Shown here piece after piece: positions 21,498 to 34,776 of a DNA stretch of 64,000 nucleotides (position 1 is the first letter of the stretch; every line of letters begins with the position of its first letter). The DNA is from Terriglobia bacterium. Lineage in GTDB: Bacteria > Acidobacteriota > Terriglobia > 2-12-FULL-54-10. Location of the stretch: positions 1,600,001-1,664,000 of the forward strand of contig CAXVYR010000004.1 in assembly GCA_963666975.2 (NCBI GenBank), given 5' to 3'. Position numbers and translations under genes: made by a program. The notes under the pieces were generated by a model. The model saw only the letters and a program-made list of their open reading frames with translations, searched no databases and was not told the DNA's origin.

Positions 21498-21820
21498 GAC
21501 AGCAGAATTCTGCCATTCAAGCAACACACAATTAGGACACTCCCCCGCGACTTTGTGACCCGCGCTTGCAACCGCAGGCTAGCTGGCGTATGATGCTGCG
21601 CAAAATGAAGCATAAAATCTAAATCTCTTGTGCCGCCGCAGCATGCGTTTGTTTTCCCTTCCATTGGATCATCGATGACAGAGGATGAGGGATCGCTGGC
21701 AAGGGGGATCGCATTTTTCGATTTCGCTTATCCGCTTCTGAGAATGGTGTCTTGATGCGGGTTTGGCTGGCGGGAGAAAGTAATGACACGGGGGAAGAAC
21801 TGTTGCAGAGCAAGCTGGGA

Positions 21821-24037
21821 ATGGCGCACAAGAGGACAAGCTTGCGATGGCTGCTTTGTCTGATTGCGCTGGTCTGCCCGCTTGCGAAGCCGCGGTTGTT
21901 CGGCCAGCAACCGGTTGTAGATTCTGCTTCCCCAAGCCAAAACAAAACTGTAGTGGCCGTTCGCACCACCCTCCCTGTCCAAATCGACGGCGATCTGTCC
22001 GAGGCCGCATGGCAAGAGCTTTCCCCTGCCACTCGTTTCGTTCAGGCGGAACCGTACGAAGGGGAGGCGGCGACCGAGAGGACGGAGGTGAAGGTCCTCT
22101 ATGACGACGAGAATCTCTACATCGGGGTGTACTGCTACGACAACGATTCTGCCCGGATCATGACCAATTCATTAAAAAGAGATTTCACATCCGCTGAAGC
22201 TGATGCGTTCGAGGTCATCCTGGATACATTCCGTGACGCCCGGAACGGATTTCTGTTTATCACAAACCCGCAAGGCGCAAAGCGGGACGTTCAGGTCAGC
22301 AATGAAGGGCGCACGCAAAACGTGGATTGGGACACGGTGTGGGATGTCCGCTCCCAGGTGAATGGAGACGGCTGGACCTCGGAGATGATGATTCCGTTTA
22401 AGAGTTTGAGTTTTGACGAAAAGCAAGGAGGCCAGCTTTGGGGCATCAATTTTTCCCGCCGGATTCGGCGCAAGAATGAGATCGCTTACTGGGCTCCGGT
22501 GCCGCATCGCTACAATATTTCGCGGGTGTCGCTGGCAGGAACATTAACAGGATTAGAGGAAATTCGCCGGCGCCGCAGTTGGAAGGTGAAACCCTTCGGG
22601 ATTGCCGGCGTCCGCAAACTGTCCCTGCAGGATTCCGTCGAGGAGGAGATTGACGCGGGCGTCGACGCCAAATACAGCGTCACGCCGGGCATGACCTTGG
22701 ACCTGACCCTGAACACCGATTTCTCACAGGTGGAGGTGGACGAACAACAAATCAATCTGACGCGGTTTCCGCTGTTCTTTCCGGAAAAGCGCGAGTTCTT
22801 CCTGGAGAACTCCGGCGTCTTCCAGTTAGGGGACATCCCGTTTGAACTCGGCCCGGCCCGCTCCAGGGAGACCCAGCTCTTTTTCAGCCGCCGCATTGGA
22901 TTGTCGGAAGACCGGGAGCCGGTGTCCATATTGGGAGGAGCCCGCCTTTCCGGCCAGCTTGGCAAATTCAGCCTGGGACTTCTCAACATGCAGACCCAGG
23001 ATGCGGACGATGGCACGCCGGGGAGCAACTTCGCGGTAACGCGCGTGAAACGCGACATCCTGGCAAACTCCGATATCGGGGCGATTGTCGTCAACCGCCA
23101 GGGGTCGGAAAGAGGCGACTTTAACCGCACTTTTGGTGTGGATACGAATTTCCGCTTTTGGCAAAACCTGACGATCAACGGTTATTTGGCTAAAACGCAA
23201 ACCGACGGGCTTTCCGGCCGCGACCTCGCCCGGAAAGTTACGGGACAATGGCGCGACAATCTGCTCCTGTTCCAAGTGGTATTTTCCGAGACGCAGGAAA
23301 ACTTTAATCCGGAGGTCGGCTTCACGTCTCGCCCGGGAGTGGAAACGCGATTTATTCGGAACCGGATTGAGTTGCGTCCCCGGCCGCCTCGCAATCCCAT
23401 CATCCGCGAGTTCCAGCCACACATGATCATTCGCTATTTTATGGATGAGAACAACCGGATCATCACCAAGCAAGGCCACTATGCCTTACAGGTCGATTTC
23501 CACGACGGCAGCAGTTTTGAAATTTTTTACGCTCCGGAATTCGACCGCTTGGACAGCCCCTTCCAGATTCGTCCTGATTTCGCGATTCCCGTGGGAGACT
23601 ACAAGTTCGACGCGTGGCATCTGGAGCTGGCAACCGATCCAAGCAAGATGCTATTCGGGACTCTGAATTTTGCAAAAGGAAATTTCTATTCCGGGAAGCG
23701 AACCAGCCTGACCGCCACCGGGACATTCCGTCCCAATTACCGTTTTTCTGTGGAAAACAGATACAGCCTGAATGACGTGGACCTAGAGGAAGGCTCCTTC
23801 ACAACTCATCTGGTCCGCTCCCGCATCAACTATTACTTCAGCACGCGCATGTTTCTGAGCGCCTTCCTGCAATACAACAGCGACCGCAACCTGATCAGCT
23901 CCAACATCCGCTTCAATTTCATTCACCGCCCGCTCAGCGATCTGTTCGTTGTCTACAATGAAGACCGGGATATCAGCGGGACCGGCAGAACCGACCGGGC
24001 GTTTACCGTCAAATACACCCACCTGATTTCTTTCTAG
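21821..24037 (+). CDS. DUF5916 / CBM9-like domain outer-membrane protein
   Basis: IDGDLSE..W, ATERTEV, NTDFSQVEVD..INLTRFPLFFPEKREFFLE; terminal Phe. Confidence 0.88.
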   Translation: MAHKRTSLRWLLCLIALVCPLAKPRLFGQQPVVDSASPSQNKTVVAVRTTLPVQIDGDLSEAAWQELSPATRFVQAEPYEGEAATERTEVKVLYDDENLYIGVYCYDNDSARIMTNSLKRDFTSAEADAFEVILDTFRDARNGFLFITNPQGAKRDVQVSNEGRTQNVDWDTVWDVRSQVNGDGWTSEMMIPFKSLSFDEKQGGQLWGINFSRRIRRKNEIAYWAPVPHRYNISRVSLAGTLTGLEEIRRRRSWKVKPFGIAGVRKLSLQDSVEEEIDAGVDAKYSVTPGMTLDLTLNTDFSQVEVDEQQINLTRFPLFFPEKREFFLENSGVFQLGDIPFELGPARSRETQLFFSRRIGLSEDREPVSILGGARLSGQLGKFSLGLLNMQTQDADDGTPGSNFAVTRVKRDILANSDIGAIVVNRQGSERGDFNRTFGVDTNFRFWQNLTINGYLAKTQTDGLSGRDLARKVTGQWRDNLLLFQVVFSETQENFNPEVGFTSRPGVETRFIRNRIELRPRPPRNPIIREFQPHMIIRYFMDENNRIITKQGHYALQVDFHDGSSFEIFYAPEFDRLDSPFQIRPDFAIPVGDYKFDAWHLELATDPSKMLFGTLNFAKGNFYSGKRTSLTATGTFRPNYRFSVENRYSLNDVDLEEGSFTTHLVRSRINYYFSTRMFLSAFLQYNSDRNLISSNIRFNFIHRPLSDLFVVYNEDRDISGTGRTDRAFTVKYTHLISF

Positions 24038-24349
24038 ACCGTCTATAACGGCGCCGGCGTTGTCAAGAGACAGCAGCAGCGTAGTGAGCCGGGAGCAGAA
24101 GCTCCCGGAGACAGCCAGTCCCGCCTCTCCGGCGCACCTCACCGCTACCTGGCCGTATAACGCTCTAACCGGAAAGTGGGAATGAAGAACCCCTCTGGAG
24201 GTCCAATGGACAAGATATCGACTATACATCCATTGAGGCTGGCGGACGACTTGGCGTTGGCCTGTAGCCATTGCTCCGACCCAAATCGGTTTCCCAGCCC
24301 CTTATGATGTAAACTCTCTCACTGAAACTGGCGCTAAAAATCGGTCTGG

Positions 24350-24814
24350 TCAGTCGTGTATTTGCTGCAGAAGCGATCCCCGGCAAGATATCGCCCCACA
24401 CCCGCAAGCGTAAAGCTCTCTCCATCGCGCCGGGTAGTCCTGTTCGAGTTCAAGCTGGTAGTCGTAAAGCAGCTCCGCTCCGCGCGGGATTTCGCGGATT
24501 GCCTCAATAAAGACTCTCCCGTCCTCGGCGATGGCTTCACAATTCGGATCGCAGGAGTGGTTGATATGCCGCGCATCGTTGCCCTGGCACGTTGCATCGA
24601 TGACCGTATCTTCATCGACCGCGAACAGGAAGGTAATCGTATGCTCGATCGGATCGTCACTATAGCGAGCATCCGCCGCTTCATGTGACATGCGCTCACC
24701 GGTGTATTCGATGATCCGTGCACCTTTCGGGATGTGGTGTATCGCGAAGGCCCCTTGCCCGTGAATCGGCGACTTGCGAATCTGGAACAATGGATGGAAC
24801 GACCGAGCAGACAT
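24350..24814 (-). CDS. SET domain protein (putative lysine methyltransferase) with post-SET
   Basis: SPIHGQGAFA, IEYTGE, RHINHSCDPN, ELLYDY and CGCGAISCRG. Confidence 0.92.
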   Translation of the reverse strand: MSARSFHPLFQIRKSPIHGQGAFAIHHIPKGARIIEYTGERMSHEAADARYSDDPIEHTITFLFAVDEDTVIDATCQGNDARHINHSCDPNCEAIAEDGRVFIEAIREIPRGAELLYDYQLELEQDYPARWRELYACGCGAISCRGSLLQQIHD

Positions 24815-25189
24815 CAGTATCGAGATAGAGGATTTCTGGAAAGCTTTGGCCGGAATTTCCTTTTTGAACTCCTGGCCGCAGAAATTATACGACAACTGCT
24901 TACGTTGCAGCAGCATTTCTCATCATGTATGCAACCAAATTGCCGATCAAGAATTATCCTGCTTCCACTCTCCACCTTTTACCTCTCCGTGCGTTCGCGT
25001 TAGGCCAAAATGAGCACAGCTTCGCAATCAGCCGGATTTTTTTGAAAAAAGAGTGGCAGGCGCGCCCATACTGAGCTATTCGTAGCCGCCAGGAAAGTCG
25101 GGTTCACATTGAGAGGAGGGCACAGCCTCACCTTGGTGTACAATCTAGTCAACGCTGCCCCACCAAACACGGCACTTGAGGATGACGTT

Positions 25190-26548
25190 ATGCGACACGC
25201 CTGCAAAGGACTCCTGCTTCTTACCCTGCTGACCGCGATTCTGCTCACGCGTACGGGGTGCAGCGGGCCGAATGGCAATGCCGAGGAGCTCAACCAAGAC
25301 ATGATTATAGCGGGCATGGAAGGCGACACGGCTGCCGTCAAGGCTCTGCGCGCCAAAGGAGCAGACGTCAATGCGCAAAACCAAGCGGGAGGGACGGCCC
25401 TGATGTATGCGGCAACCGTTGGCCATACCACTACCGTACAAGCCTTGCTTGACGCGGGCGCAGACGTCAATGCCAAAGACAAAGAAGGGGGAACCGCCTT
25501 GATGCGGGCTGCCAGTAATGGGCAAATGACTGCCGTACAGGCATTGCTCGACGCGGGCACAGATGTCAATGCCAGACACAATTTAGGAGGGACAGCCTTG
25601 ATCGCTGCGGCAATCGGCGGCCATGTCGATGCAGTGCGAGTCCTACTGGACGCGGGGGCAAACGTCAACGCCAAAGACAAGGACGGAGGCACGCCCCTAA
25701 TATGGGCGACAGTTACTGGCCACACCGACATCATGCAGGCATTGCTCGACGGGGGCGCAGACGTCAATGCCAATACCACGGAGGGACGGACGGCCTTGAT
25801 GGCTGCTGCCTCCGGTGGTCACGCCGATGTCGTGGGGGCCTTGCTGGAAGCAGGCGCAGACGTCAATGCGAAAAACAAGGAGGGCTTTCCGGCCCTGATG
25901 ATGGCGCAGTTTGCCGGGCAAACCGAAGTGACTGAAATCCTCGAGAAGGCCGGAGCCAAAGACATCGACCAAGTCCTGCTGGAAGCGGCGGCGAATGGCG
26001 ACTCCGCTACCGTCAAGGCTCTGCTCAACCGAGGAGCAGACAGCAATGCCAAAAACAAGGACGACGGAGCGGCGGCCTTGTTGACGGCAGCCATCAATGG
26101 CCACACAGCGATAGTACGGACCCTTCTCGAAGCGGGCGCCGACATCAATAACGCCGAGAACATGAAGGGACAGACGGCCTTGATGGGAGCGGCAAACGGT
26201 GGCCACAATACCACCGTGCGAGCTTTGCTCGAAGTGGGCGCAGATGTCAATGCGAGAGACAACGATGGCTTGACGGCTCTGCTGTCGGCGGCAGAAGGAG
26301 ACCACACGGCTACCCTGAGAGCCTTGCTTGGCGCAGGCGCTAACCTCAATGCCAAAGACAAAAAGGGACGGACGGCTTTGATATTAGTGGCAACTTCTGG
26401 CCATATTTCTACCGTGCAAGCCTTGCTCGACGCGGGTGCAGACCTCAATGCCAAAAACGAGGAGGGAGAGACGGCCTTGGTGTGGGCGCAAGCGATGAAG
26501 CAACACGATGTGGTTGAAATCCTCATCAAGGCCGGAGCCGAGGAATAA
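25190..26548 (+). CDS. Ankyrin repeat protein, probable lipoprotein
   Basis: Signal peptide ending TGC; about 12 regular ankyrin repeats; GAGG RBS. Confidence 0.9.
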   Translation: MRHACKGLLLLTLLTAILLTRTGCSGPNGNAEELNQDMIIAGMEGDTAAVKALRAKGADVNAQNQAGGTALMYAATVGHTTTVQALLDAGADVNAKDKEGGTALMRAASNGQMTAVQALLDAGTDVNARHNLGGTALIAAAIGGHVDAVRVLLDAGANVNAKDKDGGTPLIWATVTGHTDIMQALLDGGADVNANTTEGRTALMAAASGGHADVVGALLEAGADVNAKNKEGFPALMMAQFAGQTEVTEILEKAGAKDIDQVLLEAAANGDSATVKALLNRGADSNAKNKDDGAAALLTAAINGHTAIVRTLLEAGADINNAENMKGQTALMGAANGGHNTTVRALLEVGADVNARDNDGLTALLSAAEGDHTATLRALLGAGANLNAKDKKGRTALILVATSGHISTVQALLDAGADLNAKNEEGETALVWAQAMKQHDVVEILIKAGAEE

Positions 26549-26643
26549 CAAAGGGGCGGCGAAGAACTAAAATATCTCTCTCAAGGATTGGCGCAAATAA
26601 TTGGCCTAGTCCATCTGAAGCGGCTCCCTGCATTTGACGACGG

Positions 26644-28383
<1,740 letters not shown>

Positions 28384-28728
28384 GCGGAGGCTCCTGTGAT
28401 GTCCCGTGTACGCTCGTCTGGCTCTCGTCGTTTGCAAGGTCGTTTGCAAGAGAGAAGTGGCTTGTACTCGCTGACCTGTATTCGCTGACCGGGCCGATAT
28501 TTTGTGCCTGTCCCAGTGAGAGAGTCTACATCACGGCATGGAACTGTGAAACTGGTTTGGTGGCAGGAATGGACGATTGGCCCCGGCGTTGCGGCGGCTT
28601 ATCACCAAGCGCCCGCAATGGCCGGTTGGTTGGCTGGTTAGTTGGCTAGCCCGGCAAGCGGCCGAAGGGCGCCAACTTTTCCTGAATGGGCCGTTCTGAA
28701 ATTTAACTCCTCCCTCGTCGTCTAATGC

Positions 28729-29670
28729 TTAGCGATGTGTGATGCCCTGCAGCTGGTGACTTGGCCGCCGGGCCCAATAAGCAGCAAGAAAAGACCCACT
28801 GAGATTGTGCCAGACACTGAACACTGCTCCGGGCAAAGCGGCAGCGGCGGAGAAAAATTGCGTCGCCAGAACGACTCCAAGCCCGGAGTTTTGCATTCCT
28901 ACTTCGATGGCAAATGTCCGGGAAATGCGCGCGTCGAGGCCGAAAAGCTTCGGCAGGCTATAGCCTGCTGCGAGTCCCAAGCTATTGTGCAGCATCACGG
29001 CAATCACCAGCGGCCAAGCTAGAACCGCTGTGAGACCGGCATTTAAGGCAACGACAATCGCAATAATGACCACGATTGCCGCCACTGAGATCAGCGGAAA
29101 CATCCCGCGCAAGAATGCGAGCCGCGCTCCGAAAAATTGGTTCACCGCAACCCCAGCGAGCACCGGCAATATGACAACCTCAAGAATGGATAGCAGCATG
29201 GAAATTACAGGAACCGGCACCGATTCTCCGACATAAAGCCAAGTCAGTGCAGGGGTAAGCAGTATGGCGAGGAAAGTAGAGACCGTAGTAAAGGTGATGG
29301 AGAGGGCTACGTCGCCACGCGCCAAGTAACAGATCACATTCGATGCCGTTCCTCCTGGACATGCTCCCACCAAAATGAGGCCCACCAAAAGGTCCGGCTG
29401 CAAGCTCATGGCATGGCCGACGGTCCAGGCTGCAAAAGGCATGATCCCAAACTGTAATACCGCGCCGCTCGCTATCAGCAGCGGTCGGCGCGCCACTTCC
29501 AGGAATTCTCGCGCAGTCAGGGTCAAGCCCATGCCGAACATGACCACACCAAGAAGCGGTATGATTGCGGGGCTCAACGGCGTCAGGTTATCTGGCCACA
29601 CAAGCGCACCGACAGTCCCGACTACAGCCCAAAGGGGAAACAGGACTACCAAAAGATCAACAAACCGCAT
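28729..29670 (-). CDS. Bile acid:sodium symporter family transporter
   Basis: MFGMGLTL, CPGGTASN, EVGMQNSGL and FSVWHN. Confidence 0.93.
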   Translation of the reverse strand: MRFVDLLVVLFPLWAVVGTVGALVWPDNLTPLSPAIIPLLGVVMFGMGLTLTAREFLEVARRPLLIASGAVLQFGIMPFAAWTVGHAMSLQPDLLVGLILVGACPGGTASNVICYLARGDVALSITFTTVSTFLAILLTPALTWLYVGESVPVPVISMLLSILEVVILPVLAGVAVNQFFGARLAFLRGMFPLISVAAIVVIIAIVVALNAGLTAVLAWPLVIAVMLHNSLGLAAGYSLPKLFGLDARISRTFAIEVGMQNSGLGVVLATQFFSAAAALPGAVFSVWHNLSGSFLAAYWARRPSHQLQGITHR

Positions 29671-29853
29671 GGACCGTGACCTGGCCGGGATTTTTCACCA
29701 ACGGCAATGAGACGAGATTTCCGATGGAACCTTCCTCTTCGCACAAAAGCATTTACTGGATCACTATTGCTTGTCGATGTAACTCGCGCCGCGCTGTCAT
29801 CTTGCAGAGCCCTGCGGCTGTGCTCCGGGCAGGCGGCGCTTCCATTCTTCAAA

Positions 29854-30360
29854 TCAGTTCAGCACGACGTTGCTTTGCGCTGTCTCCCGCTGCTCCGGGG
29901 CCTCCACAATGTCTGCCTTGAGGCTGGAAACAATGGCGAGCAGTTCCTCTTTTTCTTTCTGCGGTATTTTGAATTTATCGAGCGACCCCGCCAAGTGTTT
30001 CACCATGGCAGCCCATTCCGCCCCGGTGATTTCGAGTCCCCCATGGGAGGTCTTCATACTGCGCCCGATGTAAAAGCAAGGCCCGCCGGCGGCCTCGCAC
30101 AATTGATCCACGATAAGCTGGCGGCGGCGTTTTTTTGATTCCCTGCTGAACCCATTACTGAAGCGGGCAAACTGCGGATCGGACCCCAGCCGCCCAACAA
30201 AATCGTCCACGACCGCAGCAATCGCATCATATCCACCAAGCCGGTTATAGAGTGTCTCTGTTTTTCCCTGAGCAATGGCTGGGGTTGCTTCCCACAACGT
30301 GAACAACACCAGAGCCAACAACCCCGGGCCTATCTTCAATGAAAATCGTTGCATTTGCAT
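29854..30360 (-). CDS. Group I truncated hemoglobin with signal peptide
   Basis: LYNRLGGYDAIAAVVDDF, EAAGGP..Y.GRSMKTSH.GL.IT. Confidence 0.88.
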   Translation of the reverse strand: MQMQRFSLKIGPGLLALVLFTLWEATPAIAQGKTETLYNRLGGYDAIAAVVDDFVGRLGSDPQFARFSNGFSRESKKRRRQLIVDQLCEAAGGPCFYIGRSMKTSHGGLEITGAEWAAMVKHLAGSLDKFKIPQKEKEELLAIVSSLKADIVEAPEQRETAQSNVVLN

Positions 30361-31138
30361 TACCTGCCCTCAGCGGGAATTTTCCGTTTCAACCTTCGCT
30401 GGGCTCAAGATTGCACGCCAGCCGCCCCTGTCGCTCCAATCTTAGATCGTGCTCAAATGACTGCCGGATTGCAAGCTGATCAATTGCTCCCTGTAGGCAC
30501 GGATCACCTCCGCCTGATTGGAAATATTGTGAAAGATTACACGAGGAAAGAGGGTAAATCAATTAGCCCCGGGAACTCGCATGACCTCATATTTGATACG
30601 GGCCAGGGTCGCTTGAGCATTTAGATTGTGTGGCCTGCCTGATTCCTGGCGTGCATAATCCAAAGATACGGCTGCAACGAAAGCCGTTTGGTGTACAATT
30701 TTACTGTGGCCAGCGGGTTCAAAAAGGAAATTCCAGCTAAACGAGCCTGATGAAAACTCTGGTGTGACGGCAACGGGAGGTTGGGTAGATGCGCGTAAGT
30801 ATCCTTAGACGCCGAACCCAGCCTGTATTTTTCCAGCAGAAAGGGTGACTCGGTTTCCTTGAAAGCAAATACGGCGTTCTTCAGATCGATCATAAGCGGC
30901 TAAATGAATTTTTAGATGAATAATTCGGGTCTCCAACAATAAGATTTCATGAGGTGACGGTGGGCAAGAGGAACTTCCCTTTCGGCTTCACCGGCTCTTC
31001 TGCATCGCTAACGAGAAGGAACCAGCGTCTTTACTTGCGTATACGCCAAATACTCCGTGTACGGACCCTGGAAGTCCTCAATGTGTTCCCTGGTTATTGT
31101 CAGGCCATCCAGTTTCCGGGTTAGTCAAGGAGGTTTTT

Positions 31139-31402
31139 ATGCAGATTCTCCGGCAAGCTCAGTATCTTAGGCACGATCAGTACGGTCTCGGCGTAGTCAC
31201 ATCGTCGAATGCCGAGCGCACCACCATAGAATTCGATCTCCACGGCACAAAGAAGTTCAGCACCAGTCTCATGGTGGTTGAACTACTGTCTGGCGAGGCT
31301 CCCGCCAAACTTTCACCCCCAAAGCGCCGCAAGAAAGCAACCACTGCTTCCGCAGCAGCCAAGCCAAAAAAAGCCGCCCCCCGCCCTGCCGATAATTCCT
31401 GA
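31139..31402 (+). CDS. Small protein: PcrA/UvrD C-terminal Tudor-like domain plus Lys/Ala-rich tail
   Basis: AAGGAGG RBS; RHDQYGLGVV......TIEF...GTKKF; tail PPKRRKKATTASAAAKPKKAAP. Confidence 0.65.
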   Translation: MQILRQAQYLRHDQYGLGVVTSSNAERTTIEFDLHGTKKFSTSLMVVELLSGEAPAKLSPPKRRKKATTASAAAKPKKAAPRPADNS

Positions 31403-31895
31403 ATGGTGCTTTCGCTTACTGCTCCCTTCGCTAAGGGTTGGCACACAATAGAGGCTCCTGTTAAACGAAGTGTAGAAGCGAGCCGCAAGACCACCCCGAA
31501 CAGACCCCCAGAACAGACCATGGTGACTTGAGCTTGGATCAAATTTGAGCTTGTATCAAAAGAGTTACTGGGGTGGGCTTTTTGGCAAAGGGGACGCACT
31601 AATCGAAAGTTCTCATAAAAGGGGAACTGATTACCCTTTTGTGCCTGACCTGCGGCTACCTTTTTTGGACTGGCGCAGTTGCCAGCCAGATATCCCCTTT
31701 GTTTTCAATAAAATATGCGGCCCAGGATTGGGTCAGTAGATTGCCAACAATATTCAGCAATAAGTGACGCAAGCTCCATGTGCGCCAAGTGTTGGACCAA
31801 ACCTTTCCCCTAAGATGTAATGCATAGACTGTAAATAGGGTAAATCGATAAGACCGGGCTACCTTCAAATCTCTTTTTGGCAGACCCGAGAAGCA

Positions 31896-34776
31896 ATGGG
31901 AGCAAACCTTTTGACTGTACGTTATCTTGATCCTGACTTCGGCGCTGGCCGCCTGCTGACCCATTTTTTGAAGCTCCTGCTGTGCGTGGTCCTCATAAGT
32001 CCCGCAGTGTTTGCTGAGAAGTATGCGCTGCTGGTGGGGATCAACGAATATTCCAAGGTCCGCCCCTTGCGAGGCTCCCTCAACGATATCGCCCAGATCA
32101 AACAGATTTTGATCCGTGACCTGGAATTTACGGAAGACAAGATTCGGGTTCTTACCGACCGGGATGCGACCAAGGAACAACATCCTCTCCGCCTTGGACT
32201 CCCTGGCCACCCAAACCAAGGCCGGAGACTCACTGTTGTGGTACTACAGCGGACATGGCTTCATGATGCTGGACGAGAACGGCGACGAAGCGTTTAGCGA
32301 AGCGGGAGACCTCTACGATGAAATCCTGGTGCCCTACGACGCCGCGCCCTGGCCCCGGGAACGGGCCACGGACCCGAATCCCACGATGCTGAGCGATGAT
32401 GAAATCGCCCGCGCCCTTTCCGGCATGGCAGGCAAGCGGGTAGTGATCATTTTTGACAGTTGCCACTCGGGGTCGGCAACGCGCGCGGTGGGAGACGCCG
32501 GCGGCCGGTCACTCTATCCCGGCTTCGTGCCCTCCGATATCCCCAGAACCCGGAGTTTGGTTCATCCCACTGAGTCTCTGGACCTCGGCGGCCCTCTGGT
32601 TTTTATCTCCGCAGCGTCGCCTTTGCAGAGCGCCTCGGACATGGGTGAATTTGAAGGAGAGAGACACGGAGCCTTCACGGCCAGCTTGCTCCGCTCCATC
32701 AAAAAATCAGGGCCTGATTGGCACCGCACGCTGAGCTGGGATGGACTGTTTCGCGCGGCCAAAGAGGACCTGCTCAACCAAGGATTTTCCGGCCAGACGC
32801 CAGCCATCCAGACGACGGGCGGTTTGGCCAAACGGCCTGTTGAGGAGTTCTTCAATCCTCCGGCATCCAGCGAGATTGCCGATCTGGATTCGCCCAGGGG
32901 GGCCTTTGAGGTCCAGTTGGAGAGCCGCAAGTACCGGTTTGCGGAAGGGGACCTGCTGACGCTGGCTGTTCAAAGCGAGCGCAACGGTTATCTCTACATT
33001 TTTGACATCAACTCGGAAAAGAAAATCACCCAGCTCTTTCCCAACAAATTTGCTCCCGAAAACAGCATCCCGGCGGGCCAACTGAGGACGATTCCCAGCG
33101 AGAGCGATCCCTATCAGTTCCGGGCCGGCTCCCCGTTTGGAAAGAGCGTAGTGGTTGCCCTCGTCACCACCGAGCCGTGGAGCAAGGCGAATCAACTTCA
33201 ACTGCCCGATGATTTTCGTCCTATTACCGACAGCCAGCAAGCGGAGCTTCGGGAGCAGCTACGGCTTCTGCACGACGCCGCCCGAAGCGGCAGCGGCGAC
33301 AGTCAATGGGCCAGCCAAAAAATGGTGCTTGAAATCGTCCCCGCCGACCACGTCCAGCCGCCCGCCGAAGAGTGGGAAGCCGAAGAGTGGGAAATGGAGG
33401 AGGCGGAACCGGAAGAGACCGCAACGGTGACGGAAGCAACACAGGCAGAAACAAGTCCGGCGCAAGCAACCTCTGGCACACAAGCAACCTCTGGCACGAT
33501 GGAAGTCTCGCACGAAGCGCCGCCTCCTGCATCGGCTTCCCTGCCCCCGGCAGCGGAAGCAGCAGCCAGCGAGGCGGGGTCAGAGTCCGCAATTGCGGCC
33601 CCGGCCCCATCCGACGCCTCCCTCCTCGCTCCCCTTCCTGCGCCCCTTCCCGCTTCGGTTGACATTGAGGATGCGGGACTCAGTTGGGAAGACCAGCTCG
33701 ACCTACCGGGCCGGAAACCTGTTTTGTTTAGAAAGCTGCAGCAGATGGCTGAACGATACTCGCCCGTCTTCTGGCAGGATGTCAGCGGCGACTTTGACAA
33801 AAAGTTTCAGCCCTGGAAGGATTTTGTGATCCGCTACGACTTTGACCTCACCGAACAGGGTCCGAATTGGCCCGAGCCGCCGCGCTTCCAGGACGAGATC
33901 AAGCGGGAACGGAACCATTTTCTGGATGAAGCCTTCTCTCCCAACGCCTCCTTTAAGATCGAAACAGCCGAGGAAACGCTGGGAATATACAGGGTGCAGA
34001 ACACACAGGCCGGAGAAACCGTCCGGCTGGACCTGCGGCCTTTCGTTTACTGGACCGTGCTCACCACCTCCAGTCATTTCTTCTTCCAGTATGTGGTGTT
34101 TCATGCAGAGGATTGGAAAGGCCTTTTCGGCCACACCGGGGACCTGGAGGGCACCACCATCGTGGTGGACCGGGAAACGGAGCGGATGGTGGCGGCTTTC
34201 ACGCTGGCCCATGATGACGTCGATGTGGTCCGAAGTCTGGATGAAGATCCCGGATCGAACATTGGGATCCTCGTGGACCCGGAACTGGAAAGCCGCGGGC
34301 TGCTCGACGAGGGTGACGACCGCCCCGTCGATGGCATATTGGCTATGGATGTCACCAGGGATGGTGAGGCGTCTCCCAAGGAACATCAGGATATTTACAT
34401 CGAAACCAAGGGTCACGGGCAGTACGGTCCGAAAAAGATCAAGAAATCGCGGTACATCATTTACGCAACCTATTTGGATGATTCCACTTTCACAGCCCCC
34501 TCGTTTGAACGCGATCAATACCCCCAGACCGACCGTTTTTCGGAAGTGCTGAGCAAGCATAAGTACGAGCTGATCTACATTGGTTCAGGGGGATCGAGCG
34601 ACCAAACCACGCTTTGGGGTGAATACCGCACTCTGAAGCGGTTCGGAGGAGGAGTGAATCCTCCCTGGAACTGGCGTGACAACTGGTGGTTCAAAACCGG
34701 CTGGTGGAAAAACCCCCGGCGCATCAAAAAAATCGGAGACAAACGGTATCGCATTAATCCCTATCTGGAGCCCTAG
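31896..34776 (+). CDS. Exported caspase-family (peptidase C14) protein with DUF4384 and a C-terminal domain; frameshift near 32174
   Basis: KYALLVGINEY...LRGSLND in the 31896 frame continues (ATK.NIL) into the 32116 frame with YYSGHG and FDSCHSG; GYLYIFDI...ITQLFPN (DUF4384-like). Confidence 0.82.
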
